A DNA stretch of 64,000 nucleotides from an uncultured Rikenellaceae bacterium (lineage in GTDB: Bacteria; Bacteroidota; Bacteroidia; Bacteroidales; VadinHA17). Positions 1 through 8,850 of this stretch are shown here, in pieces (positions within the stretch are counted from its first letter, which is position 1; each line of letters opens with the position of its first letter). The notes beneath the pieces are model-generated. The model saw nothing but the letters and a program-made list of their open reading frames with translations. It ran no database searches and had not been told where the DNA came from. A program made the position numbers and the translations under genes. The DNA lies in the NCBI GenBank assembly GCA_964525415.1, contig CAZGGZ010000002.1:17764-81763 (forward strand), read 5' to 3'.

Positions 1-3000
1 GAAGCGCCAATTACTGAAACGAATTCAGCCTTGCCCATTGCCAGCGGAAACATCGCCAATACTGTGGTTGAGGCGGTAATGAGTATCGGTCTTATCCTCG
101 CCACGCCAGCTGCCATCAGTGCACGGGAACGTCGGTTGCCCCTCTTGCGGAGAATGTTTGTGTAGTCGATCAGAATGATTCCGTTGTTAACCACTATGCC
201 CAGAAGAATAAGGAATCCGGTGAGCGTGTTGGCGCTCAGCAGGGTATTGCCGGTAAGTATAAGGGCTATAAGCGATCCCAGCGCTGCAAGAGGAATGCTG
301 AACAGCAGGACAAATGGAACGGACAGGGATTCAAAAACAGCAGCCAGGATCATGAAAATGAGGAGAAACGCAATACCGATAAGCTTATAAAAGTCTTTAA
401 GCTGATCCTCTTCATGCACCACCTCAACGGCTATTCCCGCAGGGATATTCAAGCCTGCCACTATTGACTCAACCTCAGTCCTGGCTCCTTCAAGAAGATC
501 CTTTGACGATGTGATCTCTTCGGTGAAGTTATAGGTAACGGTCGCCTGTTTCTCCTGGTTCTCCCTGTGTATATTCCCCATCCCGTACGCAAAAATTATC
601 TTTGCCAGCTCTTCCATTTCCATCACTGCACCAGCCGTGTTGTTCACTTCCAGCCGCCTGAGGTCATCAATTGTCTTGTCAGTATTCCTGTTTGAAAGAG
701 TATCTTCTTCGGCATATTTTATTATGATATCATAGCTGTCAGTTCCCTGCCTGAATGTTGCTTCGGAGGAGTATTCCCTCCCAAAAGTCATAAGTGCCGA
801 AGAAAGATTCATTAAGGTGATATCATTCCTGCCTATATAATCCATATCAAAGAAGAGCTGAACCTCCGGCTTGTTGTCCTGGACATTCATGCTTACCCTT
901 TCAACGGTTGAAAGGTTATCCACATAAGTCCTGATATCGTCAGCCAGGTTTTTCATCTGGTCAAAATCCTCTCCCTTGATTATCACACTTTCACTTTCTG
1001 AACCGAGACCAAGCATCCTCATAAATCCTGATCCGGGATTGATATTCTCACCTTCACTCTCTCCGCCGGTAAATCCGCCGCTGGTTGAAATATCATCCAT
1101 GCTTATTTCAGCAGAGGAAATATTCTTGGTTTTTTCAGAGATATCATTTTTTATTTCCGGCAGGCTTCTTTTGCTTTTCTTGTCCCAGTCTTCAGGAAGA
1201 TTTACAGTCACTGTCGCCCTCTCCTCCTCGATACGGCTTACAATGTTTTCCTTTTCGGGCAGCGAGGCAAGACGCGATTCAATTTCGGCAACCACGGCGT
1301 CTGTCTTCTCAAGAGTTGATCCTGCAGGCATCCTTACACTTAACCTGAAGTCGGGAGTATTTATTTCCTCAGGGTTGTTCATGCTTAATGTCAGGCTTAT
1401 CAGGAGAGCTGCAAAAAACACAGCCAGCGTTCCGATTATGGTTGTTGCAGGATTTCTCATGCTTGCTTTGAGCACAAGATGATAAAGCTGAATCAACCTG
1501 TCATGAATTGACAATTTTTTAAATACTTCTGACTTATTGTCTGCTTTCCCGGAAAGCAGGAAATAGGTTGCCATCGGTATGAAAAATACGGCAACCGCAA
1601 GCGATACCAGGAGAGTTGAGACGATCGAAACGCCAATATTCTTGCCAATTATTTTGATCAGGAAGTTATTTGTGAAAATGAATGGAGAGAACACTACAAT
1701 AGTTGTAAGCGTGGATGCAAAAATAGCTCTCCAGACTTCCTTTGTTCCCTGTTTAACGGATGTTTCATTATCCCTGCCTGTCCCGGCAAGGCGGTAAATA
1801 TTCTCGAGAACCACCACGGAGTTATCTACCAGCATGCCGACAGCCAGGGCTATTCCGACCAGAGTCAGGCTGTTTATAGTTATATCGAAGGCATAAAAGA
1901 AATTAAATGCGGTATACACCGAGATTGGAATTGAAACTGCGATAACTGTCACCAGGCGTAAATTCCTCAGGAAGAACCAAAGTATCAGAACAGCAAGTAT
2001 TGCACCTGTAATTGCAAGGTTGATGATCTGGTTGATGTTTTCTTCCATGGTCTCGGCACTGTTGTATTGCACTTCCACCACAACACCCGCCGGCGCCAGA
2101 TCCTTATTCAGCCTGTTCACCTGGTCAATCGCGTCATGCGACAACTTTATAAGATTAGCCTGGTTGTCATTTACCAGGTTCATTGTCACGGCATCCAGTC
2201 CGTTGACCCTGCTGTAGGATGTCTGCTCCTTAACGCCATAAAAGATCTCTGCAATATCACGCAGAAGAACCGGTCCTTCCTGCTTTACTATAATGCTGCC
2301 AATCTCATTTACATCAGTGTATTCCGAAGAGATATTTACGAACAGCTCATTATTACCGTCGACCACCTTGCCGGCAAAGGTCTTATCCATTCCGTTGTTG
2401 TTCAACAGGGTCCTTACCTGACCCATGGTGATGCCGAGGGCTTTGCAAGCTTTCTCGTTGAGGCGGATCTCAATTGAATTTTCCTGGCCTCCATAAACCT
2501 GCACTCCGGCAATACCGTCAATATTCTCAAACCTGGGCTTGATCTCCCTGTCGGTGATATTTCTGATCCTGTCAACGCCTCCTTCTCCCATGACCTGCAG
2601 CGACATGAACTGGTTTGTCAGCTCTTCGAGATCAATCTTGATGACATTAATTAAAAATCCTTCGGGAAGCGTACTCTTCACTATATCTATCTTTTCCTGA
2701 AGCTTAAGGTTGGCATATTTGAGATCAGCTTTCTGCTTGAAATAGACTGTTATTATTCCATACCGGGATGAGATGTTTGATTCTATTTTTTCAACATCCT
2801 CAAGTGTGCCGACTGCTCCTTCAAGGGGTACAATTGCCTGTGTTTCAATATAAGAAGGATCCATTTCAAGCATTGTACCTACCTGGACCACCAAAGCCGG
2901 CAGCTGGGTATTGGGTATCAGCTCAATGGGTAATCGTTTGTATGAGATAAAGCCGAGCATCGAAAGCCCGGCAAAAAACATGCTGATGAGAATCCTTCTT

Positions 3001-3017
3001 TTTAAGATAAAGTCCAT
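1..3017 (-). CDS. RND (AcrB/HAE1-type) efflux permease, second of two tandem permease genes; 3' end runs off the window
   Basis: Absent from the ORF track because it has no in-window stop. My reverse-strand translation from the ATG (rc of about 3015-3017) reads MDFILKRRILISMFFAGLSMLGFISYKRLPIELIPNTQLP... At the left edge it reads ...VNNGIILIDYTNILRKRGNRRSRALMAAGVARIRPILITASTTVLAMFPLAMG, a typical RND C-terminal region. The + strand ORFs at 175-2950 are antisense artefacts. Confidence 0.85.
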   Translation of the reverse strand, partial: MDFILKRRILISMFFAGLSMLGFISYKRLPIELIPNTQLPALVVQVGTMLEMDPSYIETQAIVPLEGAVGTLEDVEKIESNISSRYGIITVYFKQKADLKYANLKLQEKIDIVKSTLPEGFLINVIKIDLEELTNQFMSLQVMGEGGVDRIRNITDREIKPRFENIDGIAGVQVYGGQENSIEIRLNEKACKALGITMGQVRTLLNNNGMDKTFAGKVVDGNNELFVNISSEYTDVNEIGSIIVKQEGPVLLRDIAEIFYGVKEQTSYSRVNGLDAVTMNLVNDNQANLIKLSHDAIDQVNRLNKDLAPAGVVVEVQYNSAETMEENINQIINLAITGAILAVLILWFFLRNLRLVTVIAVSIPISVYTAFNFFYAFDITINSLTLVGIALAVGMLVDNSVVVLENIYRLAGTGRDNETSVKQGTKEVWRAIFASTLTTIVVFSPFIFTNNFLIKIIGKNIGVSIVSTLLVSLAVAVFFIPMATYFLLSGKADNKSEVFKKLSIHDRLIQLYHLVLKASMRNPATTIIGTLAVFFAALLISLTLSMNNPEEINTPDFRLSVRMPAGSTLEKTDAVVAEIESRLASLPEKENIVSRIEEERATVTVNLPEDWDKKSKRSLPEIKNDISEKTKNISSAEISMDDISTSGGFTGGESEGENINPGSGFMRMLGLGSESESVIIKGEDFDQMKNLADDIRTYVDNLSTVERVSMNVQDNKPEVQLFFDMDYIGRNDITLMNLSSALMTFGREYSSEATFRQGTDSYDIIIKYAEEDTLSNRNTDKTIDDLRRLEVNNTAGAVMEMEELAKIIFAYGMGNIHRENQEKQATVTYNFTEEITSSKDLLEGARTEVESIVAGLNIPAGIAVEVVHEEDQLKDFYKLIGIAFLLIFMILAAVFESLSVPFVLLFSIPLAALGSLIALILTGNTLLSANTLTGFLILLGIVVNNGIILIDYTNILRKRGNRRSRALMAAGVARIRPILITASTTVLAMFPLAMGKAEFVSVIGA

Positions 3018-3033
3018 TTTCCTTCTTTAAGAA

Positions 3034-6000
3034 TTATACAGACTCAACAGCCGGTTTGTTTTTGCCCGTGATATAACTGCTGAAAGTGTCAAGAACCCAG
3101 TATACACATGGTATGACGACAAGTGTCAGAAGGGTTGATGATACCAGTCCGCCGATCACGGCCAGCGCCATGGGCGACCTCAGTGAAGCGCTTTCACCTA
3201 TCCCTATTGTAAGCGGCAGAAGCGCAAGTATGGTTGTAAGACTTGTCATAAGTATCGGTCTTATACGCTGCGATCCGGCAAGCACTATTGCTTCCTTTTT
3301 CTCCATCCCGGACTCTCTCAGCTGGTTGATCCGATCGATAAGGATGATCGCATTGTTTACTGCAATGCCGCCAAGCATTATTATACCGATATACGCCATC
3401 ATATTCAGGGATTTGCCCAGTACGAAGAATGTAAGAACAGTTCCTACCCCTGCAAGCGGGATAGTCAGCATGATGACAAAAGGCTGAATTATTGATTCAA
3501 ACTGAGCAGCCAGGACCATAAAAACAAGGACCAGCGAAAGAATAAGCGCAAAAGTAAGATTTGAAGTTGATTCTTTCCTTTTCAGTTCCTCGCCTGTGAA
3601 TTCCATTTTGTAATCTACCGGCAGGGCAACTGACTTAAGGGATGACTCCGCATCCTTTACAACCTTATCAAATGCCATATCAGGTTTTACCATTGCATAT
3701 ATATAGCAGGTTCTTGACTGGTTTCTCCGGGTGATCTCCCTCGGGCTGACTACTGTTCTGATCCCGGCGAGTTCGCTCAGAGGAACCTTGACATTGCCGG
3801 CATTGATCATCAGATCCCGGAGCTGATGAAGTGAAATATCTCCCAGCCTGATCGTGATATCCTTCATCTCACCGTTTTTTTCGAAACTTCCCGCTGCAGC
3901 TCCCTGCAGGTAGCTCTTCACCTGGTTCACTATGCTCTCAACAGTCACGCTGTAGTAGCTTGTTTTGAACCTGTCGATAGCAACTTCCACCTCTGGTGTG
4001 CCTTCATCCATCGAGGTAGTGACATTATAAAGTCCCTGGTTCTGTTCCAGGATGGCCTTTGCTACGACAAGTATCTTTTCAAGCTCATTGTAATCCTCTC
4101 CCGATATCTCAAGCGCAAAAGGAGATTCTGTTGTTCCCAGCGATGTCTGAAGCGCTGTCTCCTCCCTTGTAAACCTGACTTCCATCCCGGGAACCATCTT
4201 CAGGTAGTTTTCAATGAGAGTTATTGCATTTTCTGTCTCAGATGCAAATTCGTCAGCCAGGATGACTTTCAGGGAAGCAGTGTTTTCTCCTTTTACCGTT
4301 GAAGTCTGACTGAAAGTTGATGTTTTGTCCTCTCCCGACTGGCTGTAAATCATTTTCAGCTTTCCACCCAGAAGCTCCCTGATAATACCTTCAGTGTTCA
4401 CAGCAGTGCCATAGGTCCTTTCGAGGCTTGTACCTTCGGGAAGTTTAAGCTCGACAGTGAATTCGGATGATTCCGATTTTGGCATGAACTCACTTCCCAG
4501 GCGGGGAATGAGCAAGGCTGCAGCACCAAGTAAAATGACTGCCAGGATAATTACAAGCTTTCTCTTTTCCACTATTTTTTCAAGCAGGCCGGTGTACCAG
4601 CTGAATTTAACCGGAGCCCTTAAACCGGCTTTTTTCCTTTTATCTGAAAAGAGGGTTGATACAAGCATAGGTATCACAAGCAACGCCATTACAAGAGATG
4701 AAATCAGGGCAAAAGCGACTGTCCAGGCCTGGTCCCTGAACATTTCGCTTGAAGCGCCGTGCAGGTAAACTATAGGAAGGAAGACAACTATTGTTGTAAT
4801 AGTTGAGGCTGTTATTGCGCCGCCTACCAGGCCCGTGCCATTGATGACTGCCTCCCTGAGCTCCATCCCCTCTTCGCGCAGACGGGTAATATTCTCAAGC
4901 ACAACGATCGCATTGTCAACCAGCATACCTGCTCCCAGGGCAAGTCCGCCAAGGGTCATTATGTTGAGCGTGAGGTGGTTGAAATACATCAGGTTGAAAG
5001 TAGCGATCACTGATATGGGAATTGCTACGCTTATTACCAGTGTAGTACCGATCCTCCTGAGAAATATATAAAGGATGAATACAGCCAGCAGGATACCTAT
5101 TATAAGAGTATTATTTACTTCACTGATTGCATTATGAATATATGTTCCCTGGTCAAGCACTTTGATGAATTCATATCCTGGCAAAGCTTTGCCGAGTTCA
5201 TCAATGGCTTCATCAAGGCTCTTTACTGCATCAACAGTATTGAATTTAGGTTCCTTGTAAATGGAGAGCCCGATGCATCTTTCTCCGTTAATTGTCACAA
5301 TATTCTCAGGATCTTTATTTGCAAATGAGATTTTTGCAATATCCCTCAGGTAAACCGGAACCCTTGCTGATGATGATCCTGTTGCGGCACCCGCAGAGGC
5401 AGCGCCGGTTACAGAAGAACTTCCCGGAGATGATGCCTGTTTGAAGCCGACAATAATGTTTTCAAGATCCTGCAAGTCCTCAAGTACGCTGACACCCTTC
5501 ACCACATATTTCGTTCCCATGTCAACAATGGAACCTCCGGAGACATTCCGGTTATAGTTGCTTATCTGCGCAGCTATCCCGTCCGATGTAAGCCCGAATG
5601 ACTCAAGAAGATATTTGTTTGTTTCAATAACCACTTCGCTCTCCTCTACACCGGTCAGCTTTACGTCAGCCACGCCTTCGATCCTGACCAGCTCATTGCG
5701 GATATAGTTTTCAGCAATCCTCCTGAGCTCATCCATATTGTAGATGCGGTCGTTTTTCAGACCCACTATCATGACCGGAGAGGCATTCGGATCATATTGT
5801 GAAATTGTAAAGTCTTCAAGATCAGAGTTCTGGCTGAATGAGTTCAGTTCTTTCTGGAGGTCAAGGAATGCTTCGTCCATATCCTTGTTCCATCCGTATT
5901 CCACTGTTATGTTTGCCGAACCGGCATGCGACACGGAAGAGACCTGTGTTACATTGCTCTGCCGCATTGCCAGTGATTCAATCTGGTCAACATAGTTCTT

Positions 6001-6183
6001 TTCAATCTCCTCGGGGGGCTTTTCGCCGGCCCTGAGTTCAATATATATCTTAGGCGTGTTCAGATCAGGGAACAGGTCGGTACCAAGCTTCCCAAGCGAT
6101 ATGAATCCCAGCAGGACAATACCCAGGACCAGCATCAGGACTGTCACCGGGTATTTTACGGCAAATCGTGCAATAGCATTCAT
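3034..6183 (-). CDS. RND (AcrB/HAE1-type) efflux permease, first of two tandem permeases
   Basis: 1049 aa with the RND two-halves architecture. Conserved TM-adjacent motifs are GGLALGAGMLVDNAIVVLENI and GGIAVNNAIILIDRINQL. It lies 16 nt upstream of the next permease gene. Confidence 0.92.
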   Translation of the reverse strand: MNAIARFAVKYPVTVLMLVLGIVLLGFISLGKLGTDLFPDLNTPKIYIELRAGEKPPEEIEKNYVDQIESLAMRQSNVTQVSSVSHAGSANITVEYGWNKDMDEAFLDLQKELNSFSQNSDLEDFTISQYDPNASPVMIVGLKNDRIYNMDELRRIAENYIRNELVRIEGVADVKLTGVEESEVVIETNKYLLESFGLTSDGIAAQISNYNRNVSGGSIVDMGTKYVVKGVSVLEDLQDLENIIVGFKQASSPGSSSVTGAASAGAATGSSSARVPVYLRDIAKISFANKDPENIVTINGERCIGLSIYKEPKFNTVDAVKSLDEAIDELGKALPGYEFIKVLDQGTYIHNAISEVNNTLIIGILLAVFILYIFLRRIGTTLVISVAIPISVIATFNLMYFNHLTLNIMTLGGLALGAGMLVDNAIVVLENITRLREEGMELREAVINGTGLVGGAITASTITTIVVFLPIVYLHGASSEMFRDQAWTVAFALISSLVMALLVIPMLVSTLFSDKRKKAGLRAPVKFSWYTGLLEKIVEKRKLVIILAVILLGAAALLIPRLGSEFMPKSESSEFTVELKLPEGTSLERTYGTAVNTEGIIRELLGGKLKMIYSQSGEDKTSTFSQTSTVKGENTASLKVILADEFASETENAITLIENYLKMVPGMEVRFTREETALQTSLGTTESPFALEISGEDYNELEKILVVAKAILEQNQGLYNVTTSMDEGTPEVEVAIDRFKTSYYSVTVESIVNQVKSYLQGAAAGSFEKNGEMKDITIRLGDISLHQLRDLMINAGNVKVPLSELAGIRTVVSPREITRRNQSRTCYIYAMVKPDMAFDKVVKDAESSLKSVALPVDYKMEFTGEELKRKESTSNLTFALILSLVLVFMVLAAQFESIIQPFVIMLTIPLAGVGTVLTFFVLGKSLNMMAYIGIIMLGGIAVNNAIILIDRINQLRESGMEKKEAIVLAGSQRIRPILMTSLTTILALLPLTIGIGESASLRSPMALAVIGGLVSSTLLTLVVIPCVYWVLDTFSSYITGKNKPAVESV

Positions 6184-6188
6184 TTCAC

Positions 6189-7241
6189 TTAATTGATAAT
6201 TTTCACCTTCGACCTGTTGCTCAGTGTTTCAAAACCGCTGATTACCACACGTTCATTTCTTTCAAGTCCTCTTGTTACCTCCACATCGGTAACGTTCTCC
6301 AGTCCGGTCTCTATGATCCTTTCTGCTGCAACACCCCGGTCAACGATGAAAACTGTTTTACCTCTCTGGCGTGAAAGAATAATGCTTTTCGGAATTACAA
6401 TGACGGAATCCTTCCGGTCTGTTACAATGTCAGCCTTTACAAACATTCCGGGTCTGAGCAGGTAGCCAGCATTATCAATTGAAATAGTGCCCTTGAAGGT
6501 TCTTGTGTCAGCATTTATTGCAGGGGAAAGCTGAGTCACATGACCTATTATGGTATCCTCGGGTATCGTATAGTTTGTAAGCTTTACCAGCTGTCCTGTT
6601 CTGATGTCGGAAATATATTTTTCCGGCAGCTGCACATCCATGTACATTGTCCTGTAGTCCATTATTTTGACGACTGTCGCACCTGTTTCGACCTGTGTAC
6701 CCTGTGTGTAATAAAGCAGATCGACAATAACTCCCTCAATCGGCGATAATATTCTTGTCTTTGCCAGCTGAAGCCTGGAATTGATAACTGTCGTCTTGGC
6801 ATTTTCATAATTGATGCCCGCAGTCTTAAGATCCTTAAGGGTTACACCTCCCTTTTCATAGAGGGACTCCTGCTTGCGGAGCTCGGTTTCCATAAGCTCA
6901 AGGTTGAGCTGGTTGGTCTCCATCTTCACGGAATTGACATACTCTTCATCCTCGAGTCTTGCAATAAGGTCTCCCGGTTTTACCGCTTCGCCCATCTGCC
7001 ACATCCTGCCGGTCCGGGGATTCTTCTCAAGAAAATATGTTGCAGTAATTTTTGTCTTAAGCTCAATCTCGCCCTTTGGGAAAGCAGTTCCGGTTGTGTT
7101 AATTAATTCCTCAATCGTTTTAAGCTTGAGCTCTTCAGCCGAAACAGGTATTTCAATATCTGCAGACAGGTTCTGATCCTGGTTCCTGCATCCTGAAAAT
7201 GCAAATATCAGGGCTGATAACAAAATTAAATTCTTCTTCAT
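6189..7241 (-). CDS. RND efflux periplasmic adaptor (membrane fusion protein, HlyD/AcrA family), lipoprotein
   Basis: 350 aa with a lipoprotein signal (LSALIFAFSGC). It has a coiled-coil hairpin region followed by a beta-barrel region typical of MFPs. The gap to the permease gene is 5 nt. Confidence 0.85.
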   Translation of the reverse strand: MKKNLILLSALIFAFSGCRNQDQNLSADIEIPVSAEELKLKTIEELINTTGTAFPKGEIELKTKITATYFLEKNPRTGRMWQMGEAVKPGDLIARLEDEEYVNSVKMETNQLNLELMETELRKQESLYEKGGVTLKDLKTAGINYENAKTTVINSRLQLAKTRILSPIEGVIVDLLYYTQGTQVETGATVVKIMDYRTMYMDVQLPEKYISDIRTGQLVKLTNYTIPEDTIIGHVTQLSPAINADTRTFKGTISIDNAGYLLRPGMFVKADIVTDRKDSVIVIPKSIILSRQRGKTVFIVDRGVAAERIIETGLENVTDVEVTRGLERNERVVISGFETLSNRSKVKIIN

Positions 7242-7256
7242 TTTATCATGTGTTAT

Positions 7257-8738
7257 TTATTCCAAAGACATTACAGGTGAAACAGGCTTCTTGTTCTCAA
7301 AGTCATAAAGGGTCTGTATTTTAAGATTAAGAAGCTCCAGCTTGTATGAGATAAGCGAATTTGTATGTGAAAGCTGTTTTTCCGAAAGCTGGTTCTGGTA
7401 GATGTTCAGATCCATACCGGTGAGATCGCCGTTCTTGTACCTTTCGAGATTAAGGTCGTAGGTAAGCTGGGCATTGGTGACATTCTGCCTGGCTATTTCT
7501 ATCTGGTTCTGCAGGTTAATAAGATTCCTGTAAACCTTTCTTATACTGAGAATAATATCGTTCTGTTCTTCCTCCAGTGAAATGTTTGCAGTTTCAATTG
7601 TCGCCTCTGATGCCTTTATCCGTGATTTTCTTTCTCCCCAGTCCCATAACGGAATAACAAGGGATAAAGACACACTTTCATTATCCGTGGGATTGTCGTA
7701 AACATCTCCGAATTTCTCGTTATCGCCGAAAAGACCTACGGAAAGACCGAGGCTTCCCCTGAATTCATTAAGCGATTTTGTCTGAATAAGATCAAATTCC
7801 GACTCTTCAATGCTTATTTTTCTCTGCTGCAGTTCCATCCTGTTTGTAATTCCGTGGTCGATGGCAAAAGCAATATCAACCTTAACGGTATCCACCAGAA
7901 TATTCGGAAGCACAATGAGATCATCATAGAGGCTCATTCCTATCATGATCTTAAAATCATCCTTGGCGTTATCGAGTGCGACCTGCCTGTTCTCGAAATC
8001 TGATTTTGTGGTTGCAAGGTTAAGCTCTGCCTGGTACATTTCCTCCCGCGGCGAAATACCTGCATCTACCTTATTCTTCGACACCTCATAGCTCTGCCTC
8101 ATATTCTGGAAAGCCTGTCTGGCGATCTCAAGACTTTGCTGCTGCTGGTAAACATAATAGAATGCCTGGGTAACCATGTTCTCAAGCGACAGGAGCTGGA
8201 TAGCATAGTTGAGCTGTGAGTTTTCAAGTGCAAGCTCAAGTTCCCTCAGCTGAAGCTTTGTCCTGTTATAAGTGAACAGTGGCTGATCAAGGCTCAGGGA
8301 CAGGTTATTGCTGAATCCTTTAGTCGTTTTGTCAGAATATTCGCTGTATGAATCAGTATATCCAAACCTGTTCGTCAGTGAAACCCTGGCATCGGTAAGA
8401 ACTATAGGCTGTGACACTGTAAACAAACCATAGCTTTCTGTCGTCTTTGTCGAGTTCCATTCTGAGATCAGCTCGTTGAAAGTCCTGTTCTGGCTGTACC
8501 CGATCGGATTTATTGATAGTGAAAAACTCGATTTCAGTGCTGCCTTTTGCGCGTTCAGGTTCTCCTGGCTTCTTACCAGGCTCAGCCTTGTCTTTTTCAT
8601 TGTGGGGCTGTTCGTCTCGGCGATCTTAAGCGCTTCATCAAGTGTTAGACCATTCTGGGAAGATGCTGATAATGAGGTAAATATCATCAAGGCTCCTGTC
8701 ACTATCTGCCTGCTTGCTTTATTAAGAAATCGTTTCAT
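7257..8738 (-). CDS. TolC-family outer-membrane efflux protein
   Basis: 493 aa with an N-terminal signal peptide and duplicated coiled-coil/beta OEP-type repeats. It is the first gene of the operon, directly upstream of the MFP gene. Confidence 0.85.
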   Translation of the reverse strand: MKRFLNKASRQIVTGALMIFTSLSASSQNGLTLDEALKIAETNSPTMKKTRLSLVRSQENLNAQKAALKSSFSLSINPIGYSQNRTFNELISEWNSTKTTESYGLFTVSQPIVLTDARVSLTNRFGYTDSYSEYSDKTTKGFSNNLSLSLDQPLFTYNRTKLQLRELELALENSQLNYAIQLLSLENMVTQAFYYVYQQQQSLEIARQAFQNMRQSYEVSKNKVDAGISPREEMYQAELNLATTKSDFENRQVALDNAKDDFKIMIGMSLYDDLIVLPNILVDTVKVDIAFAIDHGITNRMELQQRKISIEESEFDLIQTKSLNEFRGSLGLSVGLFGDNEKFGDVYDNPTDNESVSLSLVIPLWDWGERKSRIKASEATIETANISLEEEQNDIILSIRKVYRNLINLQNQIEIARQNVTNAQLTYDLNLERYKNGDLTGMDLNIYQNQLSEKQLSHTNSLISYKLELLNLKIQTLYDFENKKPVSPVMSLE

Positions 8739-8767
8739 TTTATATAATTGAATCTTTTTAACCTTAT

Positions 8768-8812
8768 TAACCCACCCCCAGCCCCTCCGGGGAGGGGAGT
8801 CCTGAGTTTATA
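8768..8812. repeat. GC-rich imperfect palindromic intergenic element, copy A (C-run/G-run family)
   Basis: Sequence is ttaACCCACCCCCAGCCCCTCCggGGAGGGGAGtcc, with the hairpin CCCCTC-CGGG-GAGGGG. It shares ACCCACCCC and the overall layout with copies at 24801-24855 (reverse orientation), 42756-42893 and 60767-60833. Confidence 0.7.
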
Positions 8813-8823
8813 TTCTCTCCCTC

Positions 8824-8850
8824 ATGCCGGTCGCCGTCAGCCGGTTGCCT
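8824..8850. repeat. CCGG-heptad repeat element, copy 1
   Basis: The reverse complement is GAGGCAACCGGCTGACGGCGACCGGCAT. It shares the exact 19-mer GGCAACCGGCTGACGGCGA with 28644-28662 and abuts the stop codon of the 1144-aa gene. Confidence 0.75.

Noticed and set aside
175-2950. Eight + strand track ORFs (60-168 aa) across the first 3 kb
   Set aside because: They are antisense to a continuous minus-strand reading frame that translates into a clear RND permease. Their sequences are low-complexity (Ser/Leu/Ile/Phe-rich), as expected of antisense frames. The same reasoning applies to most short opposite-strand ORFs listed inside the other long genes in the window.
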